Source of the DNA: Bacilli bacterium
GTDB lineage: Bacteria > Bacillota_I > Bacilli_A > ML615J-28 > CAG-698
Direction: 5' to 3'
Length of the DNA: 64,000 bases
Assembly: GCA_050174575.1 (NCBI GenBank)
Contig: JBFXJT010000001.1
Location: forward strand, 55,276-119,275
Shown: positions 50,667-60,488 of the stretch, piece after piece
How positions within the stretch are numbered: position 1 is the stretch's first letter
Layout: each line of letters starts with the position of its first letter
Translations under genes and position numbers: made by a program
Notes under the pieces: model-generated
The model's database searches: none
Seen by the model: only the letters and a program-made list of their open reading frames with translations
Told to the model about the DNA's origin: nothing

Positions 50667-51341
50667 TTATATATTTAAAATAAATGCAACAATATTATAA
50701 AACAATTCCACAGAATTAGTAATTAGCCAATGTAGTGGCTTATCTAAAACATTTAAAATGATCAAGATAACAAGAATTAAAATACCAATTCGTTCATATT
50801 GCATTAACTTCCGATACCAGTTGTCTGGCAAAATGATAGCAAGAATTTTTGAGCCATCTAAAGGAGGAAAAGGAATTAAATTAAAAACCCCTAAACCAAT
50901 ACTAATTATTGTTAAATAGTAAAAGAAATTACTTACAATCGACAAAAAGCCTGTCAATTCCCATCCGAGAATTTTAAAAATCAATAAATATAAAAACAAA
51001 GACAAAAAAGCTAAAATAAAATTGCTGATTGGACCAGCTAAAGCAACTAAAGCCGTTCCACTTTTTACATTTTTATAATACCTTGGGTCAATCTCTACTG
51101 GCTTTGCCCAACCAAAACCAAAAAATATCAAACTTAATGTTCCAAATACATCCAAATGACGAAATAAATTAAACGTTAAACGTCCTTGAGCTTTTGGTGT
51201 TGGGTCTCCAAGCCATGTCGACATTAGCCCATGAGAAATTTCATGAATCATCACAGCAATTAAAGCTGCTGGTACAATATAATACAAATCATTCGTAAAC
51301 ATACTAATTCCTTTTTTAGAATTATACCATAAAAAAACCAA
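50667..51341 (-). CDS. M50-family (site-2-protease-like) small membrane metalloprotease
   Basis: HEISHG HExxH in the first TM helix, multiple TM helices, LDGS-like motif (PPLDGSKI); 224 aa. Confidence 0.7.
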   Translation of the reverse strand: MVFLWYNSKKGISMFTNDLYYIVPAALIAVMIHEISHGLMSTWLGDPTPKAQGRLTFNLFRHLDVFGTLSLIFFGFGWAKPVEIDPRYYKNVKSGTALVALAGPISNFILAFLSLFLYLLIFKILGWELTGFLSIVSNFFYYLTIISIGLGVFNLIPFPPLDGSKILAIILPDNWYRKLMQYERIGILILVILIILNVLDKPLHWLITNSVELFYNIVAFILNI

Positions 51342-51352
51342 AAAATCTCAAT

Positions 51353-52033
51353 TTAATTCAATTTATTGTGTTCTAAAAAACTGTAATAGCGATTTTTACC
51401 AATTATGATATGATCGACAATCAAAATATCCACTAATTTACTAGCTTGAAGCAGTTTTTTTGTGACCAGCACATCTTCCATACTGGGTTCTGGATTTCCA
51501 CTTGGGTGATTATGAGCTACAATAATTGCTGATGCAGATAGTTTTAATCCCCACTTTAAAATATCCCTTGGATTGAAAATGGTATTGTTTATTGTTCCTA
51601 TAGAAATTATTTTTTGGGAAATTACTTCACTTTTGAGATTAAGGTACAAGCATACTAAATTTTCTTGAGTTAAGTGTTGCATAGAATCCTTTAAAAAATT
51701 ATATGATTGTTCGGGAGATGATATTTGAATTTTAAGCGTTGTCGGAGAATTGATTCTCTTTCCTAATTCAATTGCTGCTAATATTTCAATCGCTTTTGCT
51801 ACCCCAATTCCTTTTGTTTGCATTAATTCAAATATCGTTGCTTCATTTAAACGATCAATAGATTCAAAATTATAAAGTAAGGCTTTTGCAACATCAACTG
51901 CAGACTGTTTTTGACATCCAGTTCGTAAAATAATAGCTAATAACTCATGAGTTGCCAATGAGTGAACTCCAAATTTTTGCAATCTCTCCCTTGGTTGCTC
52001 GTTTAGTGGCATTTCCTTAACTAAAAAGCTCAT
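51353..52033 (-). CDS. radC: RadC-family JAB/MPN domain protein
   Basis: N-terminal HhH (MPLNEQPRERL), C-terminal JAMM motif HNHPSGNPEPS..D. Confidence 0.85.
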   Translation of the reverse strand: MSFLVKEMPLNEQPRERLQKFGVHSLATHELLAIILRTGCQKQSAVDVAKALLYNFESIDRLNEATIFELMQTKGIGVAKAIEILAAIELGKRINSPTTLKIQISSPEQSYNFLKDSMQHLTQENLVCLYLNLKSEVISQKIISIGTINNTIFNPRDILKWGLKLSASAIIVAHNHPSGNPEPSMEDVLVTKKLLQASKLVDILIVDHIIIGKNRYYSFLEHNKLN

Positions 52034-52110
52034 AATCACCTCATCTGTTAATATATTAATCATTAACATAGGGGTTTCGTTAAAAAAAGATGAAATTAAT
52101 CATCTTAATT

Positions 52111-53379
52111 TCATCTAAATATTTTAATTAAATCAGAAACTAAATATAGACTACCGCAAAATACGATTAGTTTATCATTGTCAAGTTTAACTTCATCAAT
52201 AATTTTGTCTAAATTTTCTTCTATCCGTTTATTGTGGTGATGAGAAAATTCCAATAAATGTTCAGCATCATCACTACGTTTATAACTGTATCTTGTAAAG
52301 ATAATTTCATCAGCAACTTCATCAATTAAAGGAATCATTTTTTCTTTTGCTTTGTCAGCTGAAACGGCAAAAATAATCTTTAAATAATGATTGCCTTTGA
52401 TTTCTTTCAGAAATTCAGTTAAACGTGTTATTCCGTCGAGGTTGTGTGCTCCGTCAATTAAGATAGTAGGATTTTTGGAAACAACTTGCAATCTTCCTGG
52501 CCAATATGTTTTCCACAATCCTTCATAAATATGTTCTTCTGCAATTCCCACATTGTATTTTTCTTTTAAAAGTTTGACGACACGAACAGCGAGACTGGCA
52601 TTTTCTGTTTGATAATTACCTAATAATTGTAATTTTAAATGTGAATATTCCAAATAGTCAAAAACAGTATGTTCAAGGGTCGTTTCAATATTACAAATAT
52701 CCTTTTTATCAACTAGAATCAATTCAGAACCTCTTTCAGATGTAGTTTCTTTAAATTGATTAAGAAGTTGATCATTTTTTATAGTAATTAATGGAATTCC
52801 AGGCTTGACAATCCCCAGCTTATTAAAAGCGATTTCTTCCAAAGTATCTCCTAGAACATTCATATGATCATAGGAAACATTAGTAATGACGGAAACCAAA
52901 GGACTGACAATATTAGTTGCATCTAGTCTCCCACCTAAGCCGACTTCTAAAGTAACAAAATCTAAATTTTTTATTCGTGAAAAGAATACATAAGCAATTA
53001 AAGTAACAAATTCAAAAAATGTTGGAAGTTCGACACCTTGTTGCTCAATTTCAGGATATTTTGATAGCAAATAATTGCCTATTTCAAGTAAATTATTATT
53101 TGAAATAAATTTATCATTAAAAGATATACGTTCATTAAAACTAATAACATATGGAGAAATATAAGAACCAACATTATATCCCGCTTGACGTAAAATACTC
53201 TTAATGAACGAAACAGTTGATCCTTTTCCATTTGTTCCTCCCACATGGATATATTTAATTCCTTCATGGGGATTTCCATAAATAGCACTGAGTTTTCGCA
53301 TTTTTTCCATTGAAACTTTCGGCGAATGCCTTTTTTGCGCTTCAATCCAAGCAATTAAATCAAAAACATTATTAAACAT
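52111..53379 (-). CDS. folC: Folylpolyglutamate synthase / dihydrofolate synthase
   Basis: Mur-ligase P-loop GTNGKGS; valS-folC synteny. Confidence 0.85.
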   Translation of the reverse strand: MFNNVFDLIAWIEAQKRHSPKVSMEKMRKLSAIYGNPHEGIKYIHVGGTNGKGSTVSFIKSILRQAGYNVGSYISPYVISFNERISFNDKFISNNNLLEIGNYLLSKYPEIEQQGVELPTFFEFVTLIAYVFFSRIKNLDFVTLEVGLGGRLDATNIVSPLVSVITNVSYDHMNVLGDTLEEIAFNKLGIVKPGIPLITIKNDQLLNQFKETTSERGSELILVDKKDICNIETTLEHTVFDYLEYSHLKLQLLGNYQTENASLAVRVVKLLKEKYNVGIAEEHIYEGLWKTYWPGRLQVVSKNPTILIDGAHNLDGITRLTEFLKEIKGNHYLKIIFAVSADKAKEKMIPLIDEVADEIIFTRYSYKRSDDAEHLLEFSHHHNKRIEENLDKIIDEVKLDNDKLIVFCGSLYLVSDLIKIFR

Positions 53380-53399
53380 ATTCTCCTTCTTTTTGGTTG

Positions 53400-56015
53400 C
53401 TATCCAGCTATTTCTTGAAGTAATTTGAGAGTTTCTGTGAGTTGCTTTTTATAATCTAAAAGTTTCTCTTTTTCAATATTAATTTTTTCAGTAGGAGCTT
53501 TATTTATAAAATTGGGATTATTGAGCATTCCTTCACAACGAGCAATTTCCTTCTCCAAACGTTCTTTGTTTTGCAACAGCTTGTCTTGCTCTTGCTTAAC
53601 ATCTACAAGTTGTGAAAGAGGGATTGCTAAAACAAGCCCGTTTAATACATTAACAACCTTTTTTGACGTATTTAGTTCTTCAGAACTGATAATCAAATGA
53701 GAATAATTAACAAATTTTTTCAAATAATGCCCGTGTTTTTCAAAAAAGGAAGCCATTTTAGAATCAGTAATTTGTAATTCAACGCTTATTTCTTTTGCGT
53801 TAGGAACATTTTTTTCAGCACGAACTAGACGTACGGAAGAAATAACATCTAATAATAGATCAACAAAACGCATATCATTATTAATTGAATAATTTTTAAT
53901 TTTGGGCCAGCTACTAATAACAATACTTTCTTCGTTAAAGGATTGATAGATTTCTTCAGTAACAAACGGCATAAAAGGATGAAGCAATTTTAAAATTGCC
54001 TCTAAAACACAATTTAAAACAGCACAAGTGTTTGTTTTTTCTTCTTTTGTTCCTTCTTGAAAAATAACTTTAGCCATTTCTACATACCAAGATGCAAAAT
54101 CATTCCATGTAAATTTATATATTACTTTTGCTGCTTCCCCAAATTCATATTTATCAAGATTATCATCAGTAATAGAAATGACTTCGTTTAACTTAGATAA
54201 AATCCAATGATCGATATCATTCAATAAGTTTTCATCAATAGATTCATTTTGATAATTATTATGATCAAAATTGATACCAACAAATCGCGAAATGTTCCAT
54301 AATTTATTAATAAAATTCCAAGAAGCTTCGATTTTCTCTTCTGAATAACGAATATCTTGTCCAGGTGCAGAGGAAGTTGTTAAAAAATAACGCAAACTGT
54401 CCATCCCATATTGCTCTCGTACATCAAGCATATCAACCCCATTACCAAGCGATTTACTAACTTTTCGACCTATTTCATCACGGATAATTCCATGAATTAA
54501 TACATCTTTAAATGGTCGTTGTTTTGTTAAATAATTGGATTGGAAAACCATTCTTGCAACCCAAAAGAAAATAATATCATAACCTGTAACCAAGACATTA
54601 GTAGGAAAATATCGTTTAAAATCTTCAGTATCATTTGGCCATCCTAAAGTAGTAAAAGGCCATAAAGCACTAGAAAACCACGTGTCTAAAGCGTCTTCGT
54701 CTTGAGCCCAACCAGATCCTTCAGGCGATTGTGTCCCAACAAAAACTTCATCATTGCGATACCAAGCTGGTATACGATGTCCCCACCATAATTGCCTCGA
54801 AATACACCAATCTTGAATGTTTGTCAACCAACTTGTAAAAACTTTATCAAAACGATTTGGGAAAAAGCAAACTTTCCCATCAGTATCTTGTATGGATAAA
54901 GTTTCTTTAGCAAGCTTTTCCATTGCAACAAACCACTGCTTAGAAAGCCTTGGCTCAACAATGACTCCTGTTCGTTCGCTATGACCAACGGAGTGAATCA
55001 TTTTTTCAATTTTCACGCATAACCCTTGCTTTTGCAAATCAGCAACAACGGCCTTTCGGCAAGCAAAGCGATCCATTCCCTGGTATTTTTCTGCTAATTC
55101 ATTCATGGTTCCATCTTCATTCATACAAAGTGGACGTTCTAAATGATGGCGAATTCCTACTTCATAATCATTTGGATCATGAGCAGGAGTCACCTTGACT
55201 GCACCAGTACCAAATTCACGATCTACGTACTCATCAGCAATAACAGGAATTGAACGATTTGTACCTGGAATATAGACTTTTTCACCAATAAATGATTGAT
55301 AACGTTCATCTTTTGGATGAACCATCAGGGCAGTATCACCGAACATTGTCTCTGGTCTTGTAGTAGCAATCGTGATACCTCCATTACCATTTACAAAAGG
55401 ATATAGAAAATAATAAAAGGCCCCCTCTATATCTTGGTATTCAACTTCAATGTTTGACAAAGCTGTTTTGCTTTGAACATCCCAATTGATGATTCTTTCA
55501 CCTCGATAAATCAAACCTTCATTATACATCTTAACAAAAACGTAATTTACTGCTTGATTTAATCCTTCATCTAAAGTAAATCGCTCCCGCGTATAATCTA
55601 AACTTAAGCCCAATATTTCCCATTGATAGCGAATTAATTTTGCGTACTCTTCTTTCCATTCCCATGCAACTTCTAAAAACTTTTCTCGACCCAAATCATA
55701 ACGTGAAATGTTTTGAGTACGTAATTTAGCTTCAATTTTTGCCTGAGTAGCGATACTTGCATGATCCATCCCAGGTAAATACAAAACATCAAAGCCCTGC
55801 ATTCGTTTTCTTCTAACAATAATGTCTTGCATTGTTGTATCCAAAACATGTCCAAGGTGTAATTTCCCGGTAATATTTGGTGGTGGAATAACGATTGTGA
55901 AAGGAATCTTCGTTTTATCACCAGCTGTAAAATATCCTTTTTCGACCCAACGTTGGTATTTACCTTCTTCAACCATTTTAAAATCATACTTAATTGGTAA
56001 ATCTTTTAATTTCAT
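53400..56015 (-). CDS. valS: Valyl-tRNA synthetase
   Basis: HIGH (PPPNITGKLHLGH) and KMSKS (KVSKSLGN) motifs, C-terminal coiled coil; start at ATG 8 nt after GGAG (the track ORF begins at an upstream GTG). Confidence 0.95.
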   Translation of the reverse strand: MKLKDLPIKYDFKMVEEGKYQRWVEKGYFTAGDKTKIPFTIVIPPPNITGKLHLGHVLDTTMQDIIVRRKRMQGFDVLYLPGMDHASIATQAKIEAKLRTQNISRYDLGREKFLEVAWEWKEEYAKLIRYQWEILGLSLDYTRERFTLDEGLNQAVNYVFVKMYNEGLIYRGERIINWDVQSKTALSNIEVEYQDIEGAFYYFLYPFVNGNGGITIATTRPETMFGDTALMVHPKDERYQSFIGEKVYIPGTNRSIPVIADEYVDREFGTGAVKVTPAHDPNDYEVGIRHHLERPLCMNEDGTMNELAEKYQGMDRFACRKAVVADLQKQGLCVKIEKMIHSVGHSERTGVIVEPRLSKQWFVAMEKLAKETLSIQDTDGKVCFFPNRFDKVFTSWLTNIQDWCISRQLWWGHRIPAWYRNDEVFVGTQSPEGSGWAQDEDALDTWFSSALWPFTTLGWPNDTEDFKRYFPTNVLVTGYDIIFFWVARMVFQSNYLTKQRPFKDVLIHGIIRDEIGRKVSKSLGNGVDMLDVREQYGMDSLRYFLTTSSAPGQDIRYSEEKIEASWNFINKLWNISRFVGINFDHNNYQNESIDENLLNDIDHWILSKLNEVISITDDNLDKYEFGEAAKVIYKFTWNDFASWYVEMAKVIFQEGTKEEKTNTCAVLNCVLEAILKLLHPFMPFVTEEIYQSFNEESIVISSWPKIKNYSINNDMRFVDLLLDVISSVRLVRAEKNVPNAKEISVELQITDSKMASFFEKHGHYLKKFVNYSHLIISSEELNTSKKVVNVLNGLVLAIPLSQLVDVKQEQDKLLQNKERLEKEIARCEGMLNNPNFINKAPTEKINIEKEKLLDYKKQLTETLKLLQEIAG

Positions 56016-56029
56016 AATAAACACTCCAT

Positions 56030-56262
56030 TTCAAAAAAAAGTCCCTAAGTTTAAAACTTAAGGACGAATTAACCGTGGTACCACCTTATTTCAACACATA
56101 GTGTTGCTCTCATTACCCTTTAACGCAGGAAAACGGATTAAACTACTTAAATTTCATCTAATCGACTCCAAGGCGACATTCAAAGTTGCTTGATTGGACT
56201 TTTCACCACCCGTCCTTCTCTTGATCAATAGCTGACTTTTACTCTTCCTCTTCTTCGTTTGT
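56030..56262 (-). promoter_or_regulatory. T-box riboswitch leader of valS with intrinsic terminator
   Basis: Minus strand ...GTTGAAATAAGGTGGTACCACGGTTAATTCGTCCTTAAGTTTTAAACTTAGGGACTTTTTTTT. This is the T-box consensus followed by a terminator hairpin (GTCCTTAAG/CTTAGGGAC) plus a U8 run. A GUC (Val) triplet sits in the candidate specifier region. Confidence 0.8.
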
Positions 56263-56269
56263 TTGATAG

Positions 56270-56298
56270 ATTATATAACTTCTACAATAAAATGTCAA
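56270..56298 (-). promoter_or_regulatory. Sigma-A-type promoter for the valS leader
   Basis: Minus strand TTGACA-17 nt-TATAAT (rc of tgtcaa 56293-56298, attata 56270-56275). Confidence 0.65.
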
Positions 56299-56315
56299 TA
56301 TCATTTATGGAAAAA

Positions 56316-58196
56316 TTAGTCTTCCATCTTGATTCGGTAAATATCTCCATTTAATTTTAATTCTGTTCTTGGTGATAAAGAAATCCCTAAGACCTTCGCC
56401 CCTTCCGGCATTGTCAAACGTTTAAATTGCTGTGAATAAAACCGTTTATTAAAATTGTCAACCGCCAAAGAAGCTTCATTAAAATCAATTTGATAAGCCT
56501 GAGATAGCAAAAAGGCAATTCGCTTTGCATCATCACCATCGACAAGAAAATGGTATAAAATAAAATCATTTATAGCAAATTTTCCAATTAGGTCTTCCGT
56601 TTTTTGGTCGCTGCTTCTTAATTCTGGAGAAATCGGAGTATCAATAATTTGATCTAGAATTTTTCTTACTTCAGGGTAGATTGTTTTATAAAACCGAACT
56701 GTTTCCACAACTGCTGTCTTTGTAATTCCCGCATTAATCCCATACATTGCCATCTGATCACCATTAAATGTTGACCACCCTAAAGCAACTTCACTCATAT
56801 CGGAAGTCCCGATGACGATTGCTTTATGAAGATTAGCAAGATTCATTAAAGTATAAGTACGGAATCTGGCTTGAATATTTTCATAGGTTACGTCCTTATT
56901 ATCCAAATTATGTCCAATAATTTCCATTTGGCGATTGACGTCTTCTTGAATAGGAATAACAATAGAGGTTACTTTCAATTTTTCAATCAGATCTTGGGCA
57001 TTTTGATTTGTTGACATGCTGTTTTCAATTGAAGGCATTCGAACAGCAATGATGTCTTCACGATTTAGACGATAGCGATCATAAGCATAGCATAGAGATA
57101 ATAACGCTAATGTCGAGTCTAAACCGCCACTGATCCCAACAACCGTCTTTTTAATGCCTATATAATCCAGTCTTTTGATGACACTTGCAGCTTGAATATT
57201 TATTATATCTTCAAAGTCATCGATATGTTTTGGAACAAATGGGTATTTTTCTATGTCTTTTTCAAAAACAAAAGTTTCTGATTTTTTCAAATTAAACGGA
57301 ACAAAACTAATAGAAGTATCCCGTACAGAATCTTGAATGCTTTTGAAATAGCAATTATTGCGACGCAAATAATGCAGTTTTAAAATATTGATATCTCCAT
57401 AAATTACGCTGCTGTGAAGTGAAATATCATCGTCTTCAGCAACAATGAGACCATTTTCAGCGATTAATTTATGACTACTAAAAACTGCTTCACTGCTAGA
57501 TTCACTCGCGTTATTAGAAACATAAACATAAGCTCCATTAAATTTCAAACTTATGCTTTGTGTCAATATTTGACGCTTATATCTTTTCCCTACATGAGCA
57601 GGCGAAGCACTGGCATTAAAAACGATAATCGCACCATTTCCATATAAACGTTCATTTGGGGAAATAGGTGCCCACATATCAGCACAGATTTCTGCCCCAA
57701 AACTTACTTCTTTAGAGTCATTTTCAAAAATTATTTTCCCAAAAGGTATTTGTTCACCAAGGAATTCAACATTTCTGATATCTTTACTGACATTGGATCC
57801 AGAAGCGAACCAGCGAGCTTCATAAAATTCATTTGTATGTGGCAGAAAATTTTTAGGAACGATACCTAAAATACGATTTTTTTGGGCAATAAACCCACAA
57901 TTATAAATGGTATCATTAATGACGATAAAAGATCCGAAAATAACAACACCTTCAAAAGGATTGTGTTCTAGCAAATATTTGATTGCTTTTAAAGTATCAT
58001 CATATAAATATTTTTGAAAAACTAAATCGCCCACTGAGTATCCAGAAATACATAATTCTGGAAAACAAATTATTGCAGGGTCTTTAATTGCTGCTTCTTC
58101 TAACATCGTTAACATTTGTTTTACATTGAACATTACATCACCAACACGAGCGGTCGGACAAGCTGCTGCGACTTTTAAAAATCCTTGTGAATACAT
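56316..58196 (-). CDS. nadE: Glutamine-dependent NAD+ synthetase (N-terminal nitrilase/CN-hydrolase domain plus NAD synthetase domain)
   Basis: 626 aa; CN-hydrolase Glu-Lys-Cys pattern (ICFPE...CAD), PP-loop SGGLDS. Confidence 0.85.
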   Translation of the reverse strand: MYSQGFLKVAAACPTARVGDVMFNVKQMLTMLEEAAIKDPAIICFPELCISGYSVGDLVFQKYLYDDTLKAIKYLLEHNPFEGVVIFGSFIVINDTIYNCGFIAQKNRILGIVPKNFLPHTNEFYEARWFASGSNVSKDIRNVEFLGEQIPFGKIIFENDSKEVSFGAEICADMWAPISPNERLYGNGAIIVFNASASPAHVGKRYKRQILTQSISLKFNGAYVYVSNNASESSSEAVFSSHKLIAENGLIVAEDDDISLHSSVIYGDINILKLHYLRRNNCYFKSIQDSVRDTSISFVPFNLKKSETFVFEKDIEKYPFVPKHIDDFEDIINIQAASVIKRLDYIGIKKTVVGISGGLDSTLALLSLCYAYDRYRLNREDIIAVRMPSIENSMSTNQNAQDLIEKLKVTSIVIPIQEDVNRQMEIIGHNLDNKDVTYENIQARFRTYTLMNLANLHKAIVIGTSDMSEVALGWSTFNGDQMAMYGINAGITKTAVVETVRFYKTIYPEVRKILDQIIDTPISPELRSSDQKTEDLIGKFAINDFILYHFLVDGDDAKRIAFLLSQAYQIDFNEASLAVDNFNKRFYSQQFKRLTMPEGAKVLGISLSPRTELKLNGDIYRIKMED

Positions 58197-58199
58197 TTC

Positions 58200-58763
58200 T
58201 TACTCCTTATATAAGTGGTTTTCTTTAATAAAATTTGCGATTTCGGGAATTAATAAATCATTATTTTTCGTTTTACGATAATCACTAGAAGAAACATAGA
58301 TTTCGTGAAAATCATTTAGTACCATAAAATGGTGACGATACTTGTTTAAAATAGGGTCATTGTTCATAATTTCATCGGTATTAAGGTTATTGCGAGGAAT
58401 AACAATATATTGATGATTTATAACAACATTGGGGAAGTTGAGCCAATTTGAAATAGTTAATAAATTATCAGCTCCTATTACAAAAAAAGCATTAGGAAAG
58501 TGATTTAGAGTATAATCAGTACCATAAAAGCGATCTAATTTTAATTCAAAATCACTTATTTGGGGACGATTATCTAATTTATTACAAATTATTTCCAGCA
58601 TTTGCACCCGAAGCTTAAAATCTTTTAAGCTATCTTTGATATAAAAATTATTTGTAGGTAAAAAAATAAATTCTGCTTCAGGAAACTTCATTAACAAAAA
58701 CTTGGCTATTTGAACATGGGCAATGGTTGGTGGATTAAAAGAACCTCCGTAGATTATTTGCAT
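58200..58763 (-). CDS. nadD: Nicotinate-nucleotide adenylyltransferase
   Basis: GGSFNPPTIAH (H/T-x-G-H nucleotidyltransferase motif), 187 aa; translationally coupled to nadE. Confidence 0.85.
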   Translation of the reverse strand: MQIIYGGSFNPPTIAHVQIAKFLLMKFPEAEFIFLPTNNFYIKDSLKDFKLRVQMLEIICNKLDNRPQISDFELKLDRFYGTDYTLNHFPNAFFVIGADNLLTISNWLNFPNVVINHQYIVIPRNNLNTDEIMNNDPILNKYRHHFMVLNDFHEIYVSSSDYRKTKNNDLLIPEIANFIKENHLYKE

Positions 58764-58845
58764 GTTTATTCCTCGTTCAATTTATGACATAAATATTTTA
58801 TCATAAAATGGTTTTTTTGTTAAGTATTTTCGTATAAACAAAAAA

Positions 58846-58894
58846 CACATGCAAAATAAAGGAAAAAGGTCCTTCTTTTTTGCATGTGTTTGAA
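58846..58894 (-). terminator. Long imperfect hairpin (~13-bp outer stem with inner AAGGA/TCCTT helix) between rsmH and nadD
   Basis: aacacatgcaaaa...ttttgcatgtgtt inverted repeat read directly; followed on the minus strand by a T-rich tract; possible rsmH terminator or attenuator. Confidence 0.5.
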
Positions 58895-58904
58895 AAGCTT
58901 GGTT

Positions 58905-58958
58905 CATTATTTGGTTGGACGTGGGCAAACTGGTTTTGGTAAAGGTCGAAAATTGCTC
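58905..58958 (-). CDS. 17-codon proline-rich uORF (MSNFRPLPKPVCPRPTK) with strong RBS; possible leader peptide
   Basis: AGGAGGT 7 nt upstream of the ATG; no homology claim. Confidence 0.25.
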
Positions 58959-58970
58959 ATTTTATACCTC

Positions 58971-59906
58971 CTATATTTTTTCTAAAATTCGTAATTTTGC
59001 GCTATGAGCGCGATGATTTGATTGTAATTCGTTTTCAGATGGCGTAATTACTTTATTATTTACAAGTCGATAAAGTTGCTTGATTTCACTAGCTCTTATT
59101 GGTAATTTGCTAGGAACTTGGGATTCAACATGTCTTCGAAATATGTTTTTACAAATACGATCTTCTAATGAATGAAATGTAATGACAGCAATTCTTCCAC
59201 CCGATTTTAATAATGAAATGGCATCGCTTAAACTTTTTTCAAAAACATTGAGTTCATCATTGACTGCAATTCGTAAAGCTTGAAACACTTGTTTTGCAGG
59301 ATGTCCTCCCGTTCTACGAGCAAAAGCAGGAATTCCTCTCTTAATTATTTCAACTAATTCAAATGTTGTTTCAATATGATTTTTTTCTCGCGCTTGGATT
59401 ATTTTTTTGGCAATCCCTGAAGCAAAACGTTCTTCCCCATATTCAAAGAATATCGTTTTCAATTCTTCAAGGCTATAATAATTGATGATATCATAAGCAG
59501 TTAAATCCTGCTTTTGATTCATTCGCATATCTAATCGAGAATCAAAATTATAACTAAAACCTCTTTCACCAACATCGAATTGAAATGAAGAAACCCCTAA
59601 ATCATATAAAATACCATCAACTTCATTAATTTCAATGTTTTTTAAGTCTTCTTTTAAGTTAGTAAAGTTATCGGGGATAACAGTAAAATTTTGGCCTATT
59701 TCCAAAAGCCGAGCTTGGCCGCGAAAAATAGCATAATCATCTTGATCAAAGCAATATAAATGTCCATTTTTAGATAATCTCCTTAAAATCTCTGCTGAAT
59801 GTCCAGCCCCTCCCATAGTACAATCAACATATATTCCATTTTCTTTAATATTCAATCCTTCAATTGTTTCATTTAACAAAACGGGAATGTGCTTTTGAAT
59901 TTCCAT
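58971..59906 (-). CDS. rsmH: 16S rRNA m4C1402 methyltransferase RsmH (MraW)
   Basis: 311 aa; GGAGHS motif (TMGGAGHSAEIL), DLGVSS motif. Confidence 0.9.
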   Translation of the reverse strand: MEIQKHIPVLLNETIEGLNIKENGIYVDCTMGGAGHSAEILRRLSKNGHLYCFDQDDYAIFRGQARLLEIGQNFTVIPDNFTNLKEDLKNIEINEVDGILYDLGVSSFQFDVGERGFSYNFDSRLDMRMNQKQDLTAYDIINYYSLEELKTIFFEYGEERFASGIAKKIIQAREKNHIETTFELVEIIKRGIPAFARRTGGHPAKQVFQALRIAVNDELNVFEKSLSDAISLLKSGGRIAVITFHSLEDRICKNIFRRHVESQVPSKLPIRASEIKQLYRLVNNKVITPSENELQSNHRAHSAKLRILEKI

Positions 59907-60334
59907 TAGATATCAAGCTCGATTTCTTCGCTGATTGAGTCAATTACTGACTGGCGATCTAAATAGTACTTTAGCCATTCTTGTTTATCCCAAATTTCTA
60001 TTCGAGAGCCAACACCAATGATAACGCACTCTTTTTGTAAATGAGAATAATTGATTAATATTTGATCAAGGTTTATTCTACCCTTGTTGTCAACTTCTTT
60101 TTGATATGCTCCTGATAAAAACAAACGATTAAATTCACGGTTATTTTTCTTGGTAAATGAAAGGGAAGACAGTTTTTCAACGATGACTTTCCATCCATCA
60201 AGCGGGTAAACATACAAACACGACTCAATTCCTCTAGCGACAACTACTTCAACTCCTAAATCTTTTCGTAATTCGCTTGGAATAAATATTCGGCCTTTTT
60301 CATCAATATTTAAATGGAATTCACCAATAAACAT
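59906..60334 (-). CDS. mraZ: Transcriptional regulator MraZ
   Basis: Duplicated DxxxR motifs (IDEKGRIFIP; VDNKGRINL); start taken at MFIGEF. Confidence 0.9.
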   Translation of the reverse strand: MFIGEFHLNIDEKGRIFIPSELRKDLGVEVVVARGIESCLYVYPLDGWKVIVEKLSSLSFTKKNNREFNRLFLSGAYQKEVDNKGRINLDQILINYSHLQKECVIIGVGSRIEIWDKQEWLKYYLDRQSVIDSISEEIELDI

Positions 60335-60430
60335 ATATGCCTCCACTTTTACCCACTTAGTCCCACAAATATGATAACATAGCTTATTTTTTAATGCAAT
60401 ACCTTTTTACAAAATATTTTTAAAATAATA

Positions 60431-60461
60431 AAAAAGCACTCATTTTTGAGTGCTTTTTATA
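60431..60461 (-). terminator. Terminator after rpmF (bidirectional hairpin)
   Basis: AAAAAGCACTCA-ttttt-GAGTGCTTTTT. Confidence 0.7.
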
Positions 60462-60488
60462 AAGTAAAAATTTAGAATGAATTGATTT

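Noticed and set aside
53079-53354. 91-aa same-strand ORF in an alternative frame inside folC
   Set aside because: It is entirely nested in the folC coding region, which carries the Mur-ligase GTNGKGS P-loop, and it has no independent signals.
55673-56061. Two short ORFs (104 aa minus, 79 aa plus) at the valS 5' end and T-box region
   Set aside because: They overlap the valS HIGH-motif region and the T-box leader. The leader is explained by the riboswitch and terminator structure.
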